The position numbers and the translations under genes were made by a program. Below the pieces are notes generated by a model, which was given only the letters and a program-made list of their open reading frames with translations, was not told where the DNA came from and ran no database searches. 64,000 bases of DNA, taken from positions 2,854,001-2,918,000 of the forward strand of contig NC_045698.1 of NCBI RefSeq assembly GCF_009834535.1, in the 5' to 3' direction. Source of the stretch: Camelus ferus. Lineage: Eukaryota. Each line of letters begins with the position of its first letter. Position 1 is the first letter of the stretch. Shown piece by piece: positions 24,821 through 37,692 of the stretch.

Positions 24821-26039
24821 CGTAAAGTAAAACAGCAATATTCTCTTGACAAATATACCAAAAAAAAAAAAAATACTAAATTAGGTAAACAGTTACAAAG
24901 CATGAGAAAAGAATATAATTGCTTTGGAACCTTTTCAACCCAGGACTTTTCCAGACTGACCTTGTCAAGGTGATGGTAGGCATTGTGTCAGATAACCGCA
25001 TGTGAGCGATGTAAAGATGCAATGCTGGGTATTTTCTTATAGAACGTTCCTCCCTGTTTTCAGCGTCCCCCTTCCATGTCTGTGAAGGACCCAATAACTG
25101 TCTCCTTGAAACACTTTACAAATAAGGCACAGTGCAACCCACCCACCCCAAGTCACTAAATAAACACCTGCCACGTCTCTCAACCTGGAAACGTGGGTTC
25201 GTGATCACCCTCCTTATCTGTTGAGGAAGGGGAAGTGAACTTGAGGTGGCCGGCACCTCTGTCTCCGTAGAATGATTTATAATGTGCACATGCATAGGAA
25301 TCACAGAAAACAAAAATCATTTGTGCAGCAAAACCTGTGGGTTCTAGAAAACTGCGAACACACGTGAGTTGGGTTTGAGAGAAGGGAGTCCGGACTTAAT
25401 TTATTTTGAAAGAATAAGACGAACTCTCAGGCACCTCGCACACTTCTTACAGCATCATACTGTCTGTCAAATCAAGTCGCATTTATACAGTGTGACACAG
25501 GTCATCTTTTCCTCAAGCTTAGAAGACAGTTGCTGGGCCTGGGTCAATGTCAAAATAAGGTCCACATATCTGAATTTTTTTTTAATTCATGTTTCGTACT
25601 TTACTAAAATGCACACCCGTGGACAAGACGATGCTTTGTTCCGACATCACGGAGGGGAGAGCCCCTCCTGAGCGGCAGCAATGGGTGCGCGGCATCCGGG
25701 GCCTGAGTCCTGCTGCAGGTGCTGACACGGCTGCTTCATTTTCTCAGAAAGGACTGGAGGGGGTACCTGCTGCCCTAATTATAGCAAGGGGTCTTCTGAC
25801 CGTCTCGTGAAATGGCCTGTAAAGGAGGAGGTGGAAAGGTGCCAAAGCGTTAAGCACCACATAGTATTGCTCCCACGCTTGTCACGTGTAGGCTTCCACT
25901 TCCACCACTTCCATTGCTTCCTTAGGAGTGTGATTAAAACTCACTTACGGCCTTAAATCAAACAACGGACCTTTTTTTTCTAAACTTTTTTGGCACATGG
26001 TGGCAATTTGCCTGAGATTGTCCTAAACTAAACCCTATT

Positions 26040-26645
26040 TCTTTTCTTTTTTTTTATTCTTTTTTAAAACATTTTTTTATTGAGTTATAGTCATTTTACA
26101 ATGTTGCGTCAAATTCCAGTGTGGAGCACAATTTTTCATTTATACATGAACATACATATAGTCATTGTCACATTTTTTTTCACTGTGAGCCACCACAAGA
26201 TCATGTATATATTTCCCTGTGCTATACAGTATAATGTTGTTTATCTATTCTGCATATGCCTGTCAGGATCCACAGATTTTGAACTCCCAGTCTGTCCCTT
26301 CCCACCCCCCACCCTTGTCAACCTCAAGTTTGTATTCTATGTCTATGAGTCTGTTTCTGTTTTGTATTTATGTTCATTTTTTTCAATGTTCACAGCAGCA
26401 CTATTTACAATAGCCAAGACATGGAAACAGCCTAAATGTCCATCAACAGATGACTGGATAAAGAAGAAGTGGTATGTTTACACAATGGAATACTATTCAG
26501 CCACAAAAACTGACAACATAACGCCATTTGCAGCAACATGGACGTTCCTGGAGAATGTCATTCTAAGTGAAATAGACTAGAAAGAGAAAGAAAGATACCA
26601 TATGAGATCGCTCATATGTGGAATCCAAAAAAAAAAAAGAGCATA
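26040..26645 (-). mobile_element. Young L1 with 5' inversion (twin priming) and a degenerate TSD
   Basis: T-tail and antisense 3' UTR at 26040-26383 joined to sense ORF2 end at 26384-26645. Flanks taaaccctatttct / taagccccacttct. Confidence 0.9.
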
Positions 26646-27208
26646 AGCCCCACTTCTAAGACAAAATATCATTTAGCCAGAAATTCTTAAGGCTTTTTTA
26701 AAACAAAGAAAATGATCATTTTCATCATCAACCAAATGGAACAAAATGATCACAGACACACAACAGACACAGTGCAGCCAGGGAGGAGGGAGCGTGAGGA
26801 GAAGGAAGGGAGCTACCAAACGTCTACAGCTGCCCGCCCGCCTCTGCTCCATCCCACAGCCTTGGAGCTCACGGTGAAAGCCTCCGAGATCAGCCTGTGT
26901 CCATACTGACCTCAACTACGTCATGCATTTGGCCTGTTTCTGAGCTACAGGGTCACAGAGAAAGACACATGTGACGGGAGACGGCACTCTGGGACACTCC
27001 AATTGAAAACTAAGTTTGGCAGATAATATGTAAAACAGCTTCGTCTTAGTAACAGAGACACATATGGGTGAGCTTAAGTTCCCAAATAGCTCACGCACCA
27101 TGTCAATGCAGATAGGATTTCCTTAAAACAGAAAGGCTTAGTGACAAGAATTCTAAGAAACTCACTAAGAAGAGAAAAAAATAATTATGTTGCAAAATTC
27201 ATACTTAC

Positions 27209-27332
27209 AGCGACTTCTCTTGAACTCGGTTGAGTCGAGGAGCAAAGATTTGGACTTGATTCCAAGTTATGTGCTGGCATGGAGCGAGACGGAAGCTGAA
27301 TAAGTCACAGTCGCAGGCACCGTTGGCACTTT
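27209..27332 (-). pseudogene. Putative exon remnant, 124 nt, phase 1-2, open: (E)SANGACDCDLFSFRLAPCQHITWNQVQIFAPRLNRVQEKS(L); may extend to a stronger acceptor at 27533
   Basis: Strong donor |GTAAGTAT at 27208. Acceptors aacctcag (27333) or ctctttattcgttcaaacag (27533). Confidence 0.45.
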
Positions 27333-28417
27333 CTGAGGTTCATTAAAGCAGGGTCCCTTAGGGGCTTGTCATGGGCACGCCCAGGAAGACGAGCGGCGCG
27401 GAGAGACCCGATGCCTCTTTAGTCCTTAGCCGCCTCCTCTCCACTCCTTCCGCAGGAGGGGCGGCCTGAGCCCAGAGCAGCGGGATTGCCACCAATGCGC
27501 CCAGTTTCAGCTGGTGATTGCGACCGCCGCTGCTGTTTGAACGAATAAAGAGGACACAGAAGTTCCTTCTGTGCACCTCCAAAATGGCAGATTCTGGTAT
27601 CTGTTCAGCATCTTAACCAAACGTCAGGTTTGACTGCTTGGTTTTAACTCAGTCGACTGACCACAGCGGTGAATCTGGCACCTTGGAGACTTGGCTTCAG
27701 TGGAAAATGCCAGTTGAATGAGTTCTTCGGCTGTAAAATGTCAGTCGTACATTTGGCATACTGTGGGTCACGCAAGTGGCTGATTGATTGGGGAGAATTC
27801 TGTTTTCATTTTTCTAACAGCAGTTTTGGCATCAGAGAAAATTAAACACTAAGACTCTGAAACATCCTAGGGAAAGCCGTGTAGCTGGACCAGTAACTGT
27901 CAGAAAAAGTCGCAGAAGAAACATTGTGCCAAACACAGGGTCTGTTTTACAATAATAATTCTGAGAGGTCCTTGGAATTATTTTTTTTCCATACACTACC
28001 TGCCAGGCAGAAGCCGCCTAGTGTTCCCTGTGAGTTTTCTAAGGTTTGTAAAAACAGTATCATGAAAAGGCCTCTTTTCATGTAACGTGTAGGAGGTGTC
28101 CATCAAGCCAGATTGCGGACACTGCTTGTCCCAGGGACTGAGTGACGAGCTAAGAGGGAGGAAGGAAGAAAAGGTGGTCCTGAGGTCATGGAGTCGGAGT
28201 CAGTGGGCAAAGAGCAGAGTCGTACAAAAAGTCAGCCACCAGAAGTGCCATCCAAGGCAAAAGAGGACTCAGGGTCCAGGAAGTGAGGACAACGCTCAAC
28301 ATCGTCACGTCTTTCCAGACCGAGACTCCTGAAGCCGCCCTCGGCTCTGTGCTTTCTTTCACCTTACATGTGCAGGGCTTCAAATCTTTTTGGCCCGACC
28401 TTTAAAAAGGACGTGGT

Positions 28418-28662
28418 CAAAAAACTGAAAATAGACTCACCCTGTGATCCAGCCATCTCACTCCTGGGCACATATCCAGAGGGGAGTCTAATTTGAAAAG
28501 ACAGCTGCACCCCAATGCTCATAGCAGCACTGTATACAATAGCCAAGACATGGGAGCAACCTGAATGTCCATCACAGCTGACTGGATAAAGAAGCTGTGG
28601 TACATTTATACCATGGAATACTCCTCGGCCATAAAAAAGAATAAAATAATGCCATTTGCAGC
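28418..28662 (+). mobile_element. Young L1 ORF2 C-terminal fragment lacking 3' UTR and tail
   Basis: tgatccagccatctcactcctgggc...ccccaatgctcatagcagcac...aataatgccatttgcagc, then an abrupt end. Confidence 0.9.
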
Positions 28663-28699
28663 CTGGACTGTGGCTGCAGTAGGTTTCCCTTGGACTCCC

Positions 28700-29180
28700 T
28701 CTGACGGCCCCCATGCCCTAACTCTCCGCTGCCTCCCCCAGCTCGCAGTGTCCTAGCAACGCTGGCCTCCCCGCAGGCCCTCAAATGTAACATGTACACG
28801 CTCTCCTGCTTCCTTCACAGTGGCCATTCATTCCCTCCATGGGGCTGCTTCTCCCCCCGGGAGCTTCGTGGTGAATTCCTTCACCTCCTTCCAATCCCAG
28901 TTTCTCAGTGAAGCCCACCTTACCCATCGTATTTAAACTTGCAAGCACATCCCTGCCCAGCCCGACTCTCGCTCCTGTGCCCAGTCCTGCACCACGCTGA
29001 CGCCTTCAGTGCGATAGAGCGCTTGCTTATTTATCCTGTGACGTTGATGGTCTCAGCTTCCCAGGAGAATGCGAGTCACCGAGGGAGAGGTCTTCTCCGT
29101 CTCTGTTCACGGATGCACCCCAAAGGGTTGAAATGATGTCTGCCAGGTGGTAGAGGCTCAGAAAAGATTTGCAGGATGAA
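28700..29180 (+). mobile_element. L2 3' end
   Basis: cttcacctccttccaatc...ttctcagtgaagccc...ctgttcacggatgcaccccaa...gtagaggctcagaaaagatttgcaggatgaa. Confidence 0.7.
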
Positions 29181-30961
29181 AAAAAAAATCAAGGAATAAT
29201 TAGCAAATATTCTTTAAAAAACAGGAGAGAGGCAGCCTGCTGTCCCGGAAGAAGCTGGCCTGGCTTTGCTCTTGGATCTAGCTGGGTATCAGCTGCCCTG
29301 GGGCCTGAGGTGGTAAGTCAAAACTAGGAGAGTCTGAGCCGAGTAGCAGGTCGTGGAGCCAACCCAGAAATCCGATGGTGGCATGAACCTGGCGTCTCCT
29401 CCTTTATTAACGGGTACACTGTGCAGGATGGGGTGCCGTGTGGCTGGAGACTGGGCTTCCTCTTCCAACTTCTCATCTTAATCTTAGAATAATTTGAGAT
29501 CAAATGCAGTATCTTGGGCACTGTTAAGGTCCATGTGTGCGTGACTATGTGTCTGCCCATTAAAATATTTATAACTTGAGATACAGCAAAGATATTATAG
29601 GAAGATACTAAGTAACCTCAACTTGAAAAATTGGCCATTAAGATTTTCATTAGAAACAAAGTGTTCAGGTTAGCGTAGTATCATTCTATTTACCACCTTG
29701 TTTCAAGTCTTCCAGTTGGAAAACATTCAATTATGAAGAGGGAAGGCTTCTATTTTATTGTATATTTTGTCTGTGCAGAAAAATCAGCGCCCCCAATGCG
29801 TGACGATCTTGGCATGTAAAGTGTTGACCGCGCACCCCTGCAGTGTCCCGGCACGTCCACCTTCTAATGGTGCCGATTGAATGCCTTTTAATTTGTCCAT
29901 TCATTATTTACCTATCATGAAGGAAAAAAACTATCTAACTTAGAGATCTGTTTTCAGCCTGGAAGAAATGCATAGAAATCCAGGCAGGTACCAGGCATAG
30001 AGAAAGCAGCGATGGGACACTGTCACGTCACGTGAGGGAGCTGCCGTGGGGGTTCAGCTGATTTATTTTTTCACAAAATGTGATAGTTTCCAATTTCTTG
30101 CCAGGAAATATTTACATTTAACCTAATATAATTAGGAAATCACTGAGCTGAAACATTACATAGGTGGGTTTTCATTATAATTTCGGCATAATGTCTCACA
30201 CATTTTCTAGACAGTAATTAGATGCATTAAGGATGAATGATTCCTTCGGGGCTTATTCAAGAGATTTTTCTTCCAAATTTATGTCAAGGGTCACCCAGGG
30301 TGGAAAACACTGTCTATCACTAAGACGACTGCAGATAAAATCTTCTGAAATGAACCAGTGGCCATGGCCCCCAAATTTGGACATTTAAATTAGCCAGGGC
30401 ATCAAATGTTCTCCCCCTGAGCTGTACCCCAAGCAGAAGACTGACAGAGCAAGAGCTTCCCTATATATATATATTTTTTTTTTCACACACACATTATACT
30501 GGTATTTTGAGGAAATTAATTGAGTATAGATCTCTACTAAAATAAATGGAGGTTGGGACAAAACAAGAGTATGATTGACATTACAGGTAAAGTATTATCA
30601 ACTTAATTTCAATAAGAAGGTGAAAGTCGACAGAGGATTGTCTGTTTTCAATCTGATGACTTCGAGGGCTCCAGTTTCATTTAGCTGTCTTAACCCTTTT
30701 GAGCCTCAGTTCCCCCTCCACATAATGGGGAACTATACTGTATAATCTTTTAAGTTTATCCAAGATATAAAAAACTCTGATACTTTGTAACATGTGTGCT
30801 GTTTTGTAATGATTATGTTAAAAATCTATTTAAATATATCTCAGAGCATCTTTGAGTATTACAGTTTTGGGGGTTTTGGTTTGTTTTTTCAGTTTTCTTT
30901 TTAGAAATATTTATCTTGTTTTAGATTTGGTTCAGTTACATTTCATTGATTTTTTTACCCA

Positions 30962-31175
30962 TTTTTTTTTAAATTGAAGTCTAGTCAGTTTACAATATTG
31001 TGTCAATTTCTGGTGCACAACATAATGTTTCAGTCATATGTATACATACATATGTTATTTTTCATGGATTTTTTTTCATGTTAGGTTACTATAATATACT
31101 GAATATGGTTCTCTGTGCTGTACAGTAGAAACTTGTGTATCTATTTTATATGTAGTAGTTCGTATCTGCAAATCT
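30962..31175 (-). mobile_element. Short young L1 3' end
   Basis: T-tail then aattgaagtctagtcagtttacaatattgtgtcaatttctggtg, antisense to the UTR of the 37.6 kb copy. Confidence 0.9.
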
Positions 31176-31364
31176 AAATACTTACCTTTTGAATTTACTC
31201 CATGTAGTTAATGTACTTGGATCAGTTTCTTTTAAACTGAATTTTCTTTGGTACTTGAGTCCTAATTTTCTAGTTTCTTCAAAATTCACTCCTTTCCCTC
31301 TTACTCCTCTGACATATAAATGCTATTTGGATCAATAATCTAAAATAGCATTTTAAAAGTAAAA

Positions 31365-31530
31365 TAAGTTTTCCAAATTTAGCAAATAAAAAACACAGGA
31401 CATCCAGGTAAATTTGAATTTCAAATAAACAACAACCATTTTTAGTCCAAGTATTTTCCAAACATTGCACAGGCCATACTTACACTAAGGAGAAGTGTAC
31501 CCTTATCTGAAAGTCACATTTGAGCGGGGG
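31365..31530. mobile_element. MER53-like palindromic hAT DNA transposon (MITE)
   Basis: ccaaatttagcaaataaaaaacacaggacatccaggtaaatttgaatttcaaataaacaac...catacttacactaa...ttatctgaaagtcacattt. Confidence 0.8.
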
Positions 31531-31719
31531 TTTTAAACTTCAGCCGCCTCTTTGGAGAAGTAAATGTGCGAAACATTTAGAGCAGGTCAGATGAGAAGGT
31601 GCGCACGCCGGGGCCGAGCGGCCGCTGGTCAGCCCTGAGCTGCAGGACGGGCTCTCAGCCCGGGGCGCCCGGGCCCAGTTCAGCCTCAGCCGGCTGGCCA
31701 GCGGTCTGGCAGAGATGAC

Positions 31720-32287
31720 GTGCCGGCTAAGTCTGCGTGTCAACGTGACTGGGCCCGAGGGTGCCCGGGTGACTGATGAAACATTGTGCTGGGTGCTTTG
31801 GGGTGAATTTAACGTGCACGTTGATTGAGCATCTGCCTTCCCTGCTGTGAGGGGCCTCCTGTCATCAGCCCAAACCAGAACACCAGGATAGACCGAAATG
31901 TTGCCTGTCCCCCACACTGAGGAGGGTTCTTCCTGCCTGGCTGCTTCTGAGCTGAGGCATGGTCTTTTCCTCCTTTTGGACACAAACCAAAGCATTCACT
32001 CTCTTCCAGGGCCTTAAGTCTCCGGCTTTCAGACTCTCCCAGCCTCCCCTGGGTCTCCAGCTTGCCGACAGCAGATCTGAGGATTTATCAGTCTGCATGG
32101 TCACAGGAGACAATCTCTTATAGCAAATCTCCCTCTGTATCTGCCTCTCTCTCTCTGTTTCTCTCTCTCTCTCTATCTCTGTCTCTTGGTCTGTATCTCT
32201 CTGTCTCTCTGTGTTTCAGTGTCTCTGTCTCTGTGTGTCTGTCTCCGTCTCTCTCTCTCTGCCTCTCTATATATCTAGAGTCATACA
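31720..32287 (+). mobile_element. MLT2-like ERVL LTR containing a (CT)n expansion (~32130-32268)
   Basis: gtgtcaacgtgactggg...ctgggtctccagcttgccgacagcagatctgagga...gcaaatctccctct. Confidence 0.8.
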
Positions 32288-33610
32288 GATTTTGGGACTG
32301 AGAAGCATCCAGCTGCTGTAACAAAACCCCGACCTGTGGAGGTGGCTTTCGAACTGGGCGGAGATAGAAGCTGGGAGGGATTTGACGTGCATGCTAGGGA
32401 AGGTCCAGATGACCTTGAACAGAATGCGGTAGAGATACAGATGTTAAAGATCTTTCAAGTGAAGTCCCAGATGGAAGAGAGGAACACATTATTGAAGACT
32501 GGAGGAAAGGTGATCCTTGTTATAACATGTTAAAGAGCTGGACGGAATTGTGTCCTAGAGTTTTGTGGAAGGTAGAACTTGTGAGCAATGGAATCAGATA
32601 TTTAGCGGAGGACACTTCTAAGCAAAGTGTTGCAGAAGTAGGTTGGTTTCATCTTTCCACTTATAGTAAAAGGCAAGATGAGAGAGGTGAATTAAAGAAA
32701 TTGTTAGCACAAAGAACCGGAACTTGAAGATTTTGGAAATTCCTTGCCTTTCCATCTTGAAAAAAGATGAGGCTGTTTGTTTTAAAGAGTATGTCTGAAC
32801 AACTATTTGATAAAGAGACTGAAGGTACCACTCATGGACTCAATTTGCCATCTCAGCAGAGCCAGAGAGGGAGATAGGGTTACACAGGCAGAGACATTGC
32901 CAGATGGAAGCAAAGGACTTGGAAATGAGGTGGAACAGAGGACGGCTTTGCCCTTCTGGGAGCCTACAGGATGAGATGATAGACCCATTTGCCCATGAGC
33001 TTGTGCTATCCTTCAAGAGAGGGGGAGAATGACCAGGAAGGACATTCAGAGATGCTCAGGGCTGCTATTCTCACCACAGGCTCAGGCCCCATGGGGGTTC
33101 CTCCTTGCTTTCGAGGTCAGGGCTGCGAATTTAGTTTCAGTGGCCCAGGATGTCCCTGCCCAGAGCCTCGGGGGCAGGACTTCGCAGCAGAGATGGAGCC
33201 AGGGGTCCCTCCTGGAGCCACAAGGGTGATGCTGCCTCCCCAGTGGTCCAGGGGAGTGGTAGCGGGGAGAATCAGCCAAAGAGGACTGCTCTCCTCTCAA
33301 AGCTGCAATGGCATCTCTGTGCTGGACATTGGGCTTGCCTCATCCCTCTCTTCCTTTCCTTCTGAAATGAGAATGCTCTTCCTGTGCCTGGTCCCCCACT
33401 GCATTTTGGAAGCATATAACCCATCTGCTCTCACAGGTTCACGGCTAGAGAAGTTAACCTGGAGCCTCACACACGCCTGATGTAGACGATATATGGATGA
33501 GATCTTGGCCCTTAGATGTTAGAGCTGATCCTAGAAAGAGTTAAGACTTTGGGGGCTGCAGATGAGATGTATGTATTTTGCGTGAGAAAAGGACACGTAT
33601 TTGGGGATGA
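32288..33610 (+). mobile_element. MLT1-type MaLR internal sequence
   Basis: Starts gattttgggactgagaag...gctgctgtaacaaa...tgtggaggtggctttcgaactggg. Ends gagttaagactttggggg...tttgggg before the 3' LTR. Confidence 0.85.
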
Positions 33611-34437
33611 TATGTTATGGATTAATATTTGTGTTACCTTCAAATTCATATGTTGAACCTTAACCCCCAGTGTGGCCACACTTGGAGAGGGGGCCTTAAG
33701 GAAGTGATTAAACCTAAATGAGCTCATAAGGAGGGGTCTCTGAGGAAGAGAGCTCGCTCTCCTCTCTCTTGCTCCTTCTCTCTCTCTCTTTCTTCCCATG
33801 AACACACACGCTGGAAAGACCACACGGGGGTATAGTGGGAAGCAGCCTTCTGAAAGTCGGGGGAGACCCCTAACCAGAAATCAAATTAAGTGGAGCTCTG
33901 ATCTCAGACTTCGGCTCCAGAACTGTGACACAGTAATGTTGGTTGATGGAAATTAATCAATAGTCAACCTTTGAAAGAAGTGAAAAATGTCATTTAAGCC
34001 AAATTTGAGGATAATAATCCAGGAGGAACAGCATATCAGAAAACTCCAAGGCCCTTTTCCTCCCACTGGAAGTCAAAGCACCATCATGTAAGCCTTTATG
34101 AGATGGGGGCTGTCCATTAAATGAGGCAGACAGTTTGCGCAGTCCCGGGCTGTAAGTGCGAAGTGGGGGGCATCGAGGCCCCTCACGAGGTCAGGAAGGA
34201 GGGCTGTCTCTGAAGCAGTGGTCCTGCTGGGGCTGGGAGAGCGCTGCTCTCCATGGCCGGGCAGGTGTCTCTGCTAAAGGGGCACGAGAGTTGCGGACAC
34301 ACAGACACAGCAGCGGGGACAGAGAAAAGGTCTGCGTCTAAATTCCTTTTGTCTTGCCGTCAAATGTGAGTTTTATTTCGTGGTCTGTGCGTTGAGCAGT
34401 CCGTGGTGCTTCGTCACAGCAACCTGTGACCGGCGCA
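33611..34437 (+). mobile_element. MLT1-type 3' LTR split by a nested insertion at 33944-34380
   Basis: tgttatgg...caaattcatatgttgaaccttaacccccagtgtg...ctccagaactgtga, resuming at 34381 (agtccgtggtgcttcgtcacagcaacc). Confidence 0.8.
33944..34380. mobile_element. Nested solo LTR (ERV1-like) with 4-bp TSD TGGT
   Basis: TGGT at 33940-33943 and 34381-34384. Termini TGATGGAAA...TTTATTTCG. Interrupts the MLT1 LTR. Confidence 0.6.
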
Positions 34438-36289
34438 GGTGGCATTGCCACAGCCACCGTCCCGCAGACTCCGGTCTGGGGCCCCGCCAAGCCTTGAGCC
34501 CACGATGCCTGGAGGCCAAGCCCGGCTCAGAGGGCGGATGTGGGCCTCCCAGTGCTTCAGGGCTCCCTGCGCTGCGGGCACTGCTCCTTCTTGGAGGAGA
34601 GGGAAGGACTCTGTGATGACACCTCTGGTCGTAAAATTTGATCTGGAGGTGGGGGGCCAACCGTAGAATCAGACTCTAGGTGCAGGGGGTGTATTGTACT
34701 TTCCACATTCTTTTGGACACAAAACATCTGCGACAGGCACTGGTCGTTTTGCTTAGTACTAGCTAATTTATAACGGAGACAGCAGGTCCCATTATTACAG
34801 GGACTTTCACATACTCTGGAGGCAAATGTTTTTTACAGCATATTTTGCAATGTGGAAATGGAATTCCTTGTGTAAGAAGATTTCTGTTTTCTATGTGCAG
34901 GGCTGAGTCTTTCCCACCTGTAGTTAAACTCCCAGCCTCCAAAATAATATATCTTTCTTCAGATTCTCTGCTATACTTTTTCTGACAGGTGGGTGACATG
35001 TATTCTTAGGATAAATAGGAAAAGGCATTTTCTTTTTGTTTATGCTCAAGCAGCATGAGAATAAATAGGAGATGTAACCAATTATTGCAATCTCTTGGTT
35101 ATTTGCCTCATCCGTGCTGATGGGCCTGCCTCATAGTCATTTGAAATGACAGAAACTATCTTCAAAATATCACTTGATGTATTTCAGTGCTTTGCTGACA
35201 GAGCACCTAACAGTATCTATTTAACTTTTTAATTATATTTATTTACTTTTATAATTCAACAATGTGATTTTAGTAAATGGGCTGAGCCTTTAATGAGTGG
35301 GGATGAAAAGCGACAGCTCCACCTGCTGCATGCCGAGGTTCTGTTTATTTTTGTTTTTCTTCATTTCATCATTTCTTAGAAGGGGAACCCATTTCCAATT
35401 ACAGCCCGTACACTTCATCTTCCTTTTGTTTATCGCCACAGGAATATTTTTAAAGCCTCCACTTTGTTATAATTGCCTTGTGTCCGTAGAACCTCGTGAC
35501 TCAAAAGTACACGTCAAAGTTCCACACTCCCTGCTGTAGAAGGTAGTGGCCAGCGACACCCACATTGACTAATTCATCAAATATTACCTAACAGTCTTCA
35601 TCAAATGTTGTTGTAAGACCACGGTCTGTCCGTTGAACACTGACACATGAGGCATCTGAGGAAGGACTCTTTGTGAACTATTCTTTGCATCATAGATACA
35701 CTGTTGGTGTCTACTCTGAGCCCAGAGTCAGAACCCAGCGACCCAGGACTGTCCTGTGGGTGCCTGAGTTACTTGCAAAACGAGATCTAACCACTCCTCC
35801 TGGCTTTGTGGGAGAGCTCCTCGCCTCTCTTGCTTGAATGGCATCAAATCATCTAGGACTTTGGAGGATCAAAAGCAAAAACAGAAGAAACAACAAAACC
35901 CCCCGAATCCTTTCTCACTGCTTTGGTCGTCGTGGGCTTCTATCATGTTGGGTTTAATGAAAATAATAATTATCAAAGAACAGTGAGAAGTGCCACCTAC
36001 AGTCCCCAAACTGGCCAGTAAGAGTTGGTGCAGCAGACTGAACGTTTCACGCCCTGAAGTCTAATGGTGCTTAGCAGAGGGATGGGACATCTGAGTTTAT
36101 ATCACATGGGAAATAGAATAAAACCAAGCCTGGTAATATGCTTAAGAAAATTCGTGCCCCCACAACTGGCTGACGTCAAAGAAATCTTCACTTCACATAA
36201 TGGGTCTCGCAAAGGCTACTCACAAATGTGTTAACACGTCCGACTAGCTGCCATGTGCAGTGCAACTCTTTGGAGGGAGAGGACAAAAC

Positions 36290-36530
36290 ATGCTGAGTCG
36301 TTTATAAGAACTTCTGAAAACTTTAAAGCTGCAGGACAGACAGCAAATCAGTGGTTACCAGGGGCTGACAAGGGAAAGGGGACCACCTACAAAGTGACAC
36401 AAGGGGACATTTTGGAGCAATGGCACTATTCTGCATCATGGTGGGTTGTGGTGGCGAAAAACATTGTACTTTCCCCCTAAAATTGTAGTATTTAGTATAT
36501 CTACATTACACGTCAGTGAAGCTGATTAAG
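36290..36530 (+). mobile_element. Old L1M 3' end
   Basis: gacagcaaatcagtggttaccaggggctg...cacaaggggacattttggagcaatgg. Confidence 0.65.
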
Positions 36531-36930
36531 GGGAAAACAAGCCAGATCAGAAACTGACTTGTCAGCAAGAGATTTCTTTTTCCCTATCAGAAATGGAAAA
36601 GAAAACGCATATTACATTTTGGTCTCTCTTCCCAATTTATCCTGCATATATTTCTTTACAGGAAAAATATATATTTAAAATAACTAGAAAAATGCAAGAT
36701 AACAAGGTAATACAAAATTGTATTTTCTGGCAGGGTTTGGAAATGAGTTCATGACATGACTTTGGGTGTGCTTGTTCCTTGGGAATCTGTTTCTCTAAGA
36801 GGAGATGAGCCCCTCCCCAGATGGGTCTTGGTCGGGAACATGCAGCCCTACTCATGATGTCAGTCAAGTCTGGTCTAAGTGAAACATATTTTTGCCTCCC
36901 AAGCTGAAAAGAAGTATAAATATGATTCTT

Positions 36931-37040
36931 TATATGTATGTATATGTATGACTGAAATATTCCACTATACACCAGAAATTGACACATTGTTACTGACTAT
37001 ACTTCAATTCAAAAAAAAAAAATTAAAAAAATAAATAAAT
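36931..37040 (+). mobile_element. Very short L1 3' terminus with tail and 15-bp TSD
   Basis: tgtatgactgaaatattccactatacaccagaaattgacacattg...cttcaattcaaaaa. TSD ATAAAT(A/G)TGATTCTT. Confidence 0.9.
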
Positions 37041-37050
37041 GTGATTCTTA

Positions 37051-37692
37051 ACCTTACCTTATGATCCAGCAATCCCACTTCTGGGCATACATCCAGAGGG
37101 AAACTTAATTCAAAAAGACACCTGCACCCCAATGTTCACAGTAGCACTGTATACAATAGCCAAGACATGGAAACAGCCTAAATGTCCATTGACAGATGAC
37201 TGGATAAAGAAGTTGTGGTGCATTTATACAATGGAATACTACTCAGCCATAAAAAATAATAAAATAATGCCATTTGCAGCAGCATGGGTGGCCCTGAAGA
37301 ATGTCATTCTAAGTGAAGTAGAAAGAAAAAGAAAAATACCATATGATATCACTCATATGTGGAATCTAAAAAGAAAAGACAAATGAACTTATTTATAAAA
37401 CAGAAACAGACTCACAGACATAGAAAATATACTTATGGTTACCAGCGGGAAGGTATAGGGAAGGGATAAATTGGGAGTTCGAGATTTGCAGATACTGACT
37501 GGTATATATAAAATAGATAAACAAGTTTATACTGTACAGCACAGGGAACTATATTCAATATCTTACAGTAGCTTAATGGTGAAAAATATATATATATTTA
37601 TTCATGTATGACTGAAACATTGTGCTGTACACCAGAAATTGACATAACATTGTAAACTGACTATACTTCAATAAAAAATTTTAAAAAATAAA
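37051..37692 (+). mobile_element. Young L1 3' end (ORF2 C-terminus and 3' UTR)
   Basis: ORF 37132-37386 MFTVALYTIAKTWKQPKCPLTDDWIKKLWCIYTMEYYSAIK matches the L1 ORF2p C-terminus. UTR and A-tail follow. Confidence 0.95.

Noticed and set aside
26080..26580. 166-aa ORF with the L1 ORF2 C-terminus
   Set aside because: Chance fusion across an L1 inversion junction.
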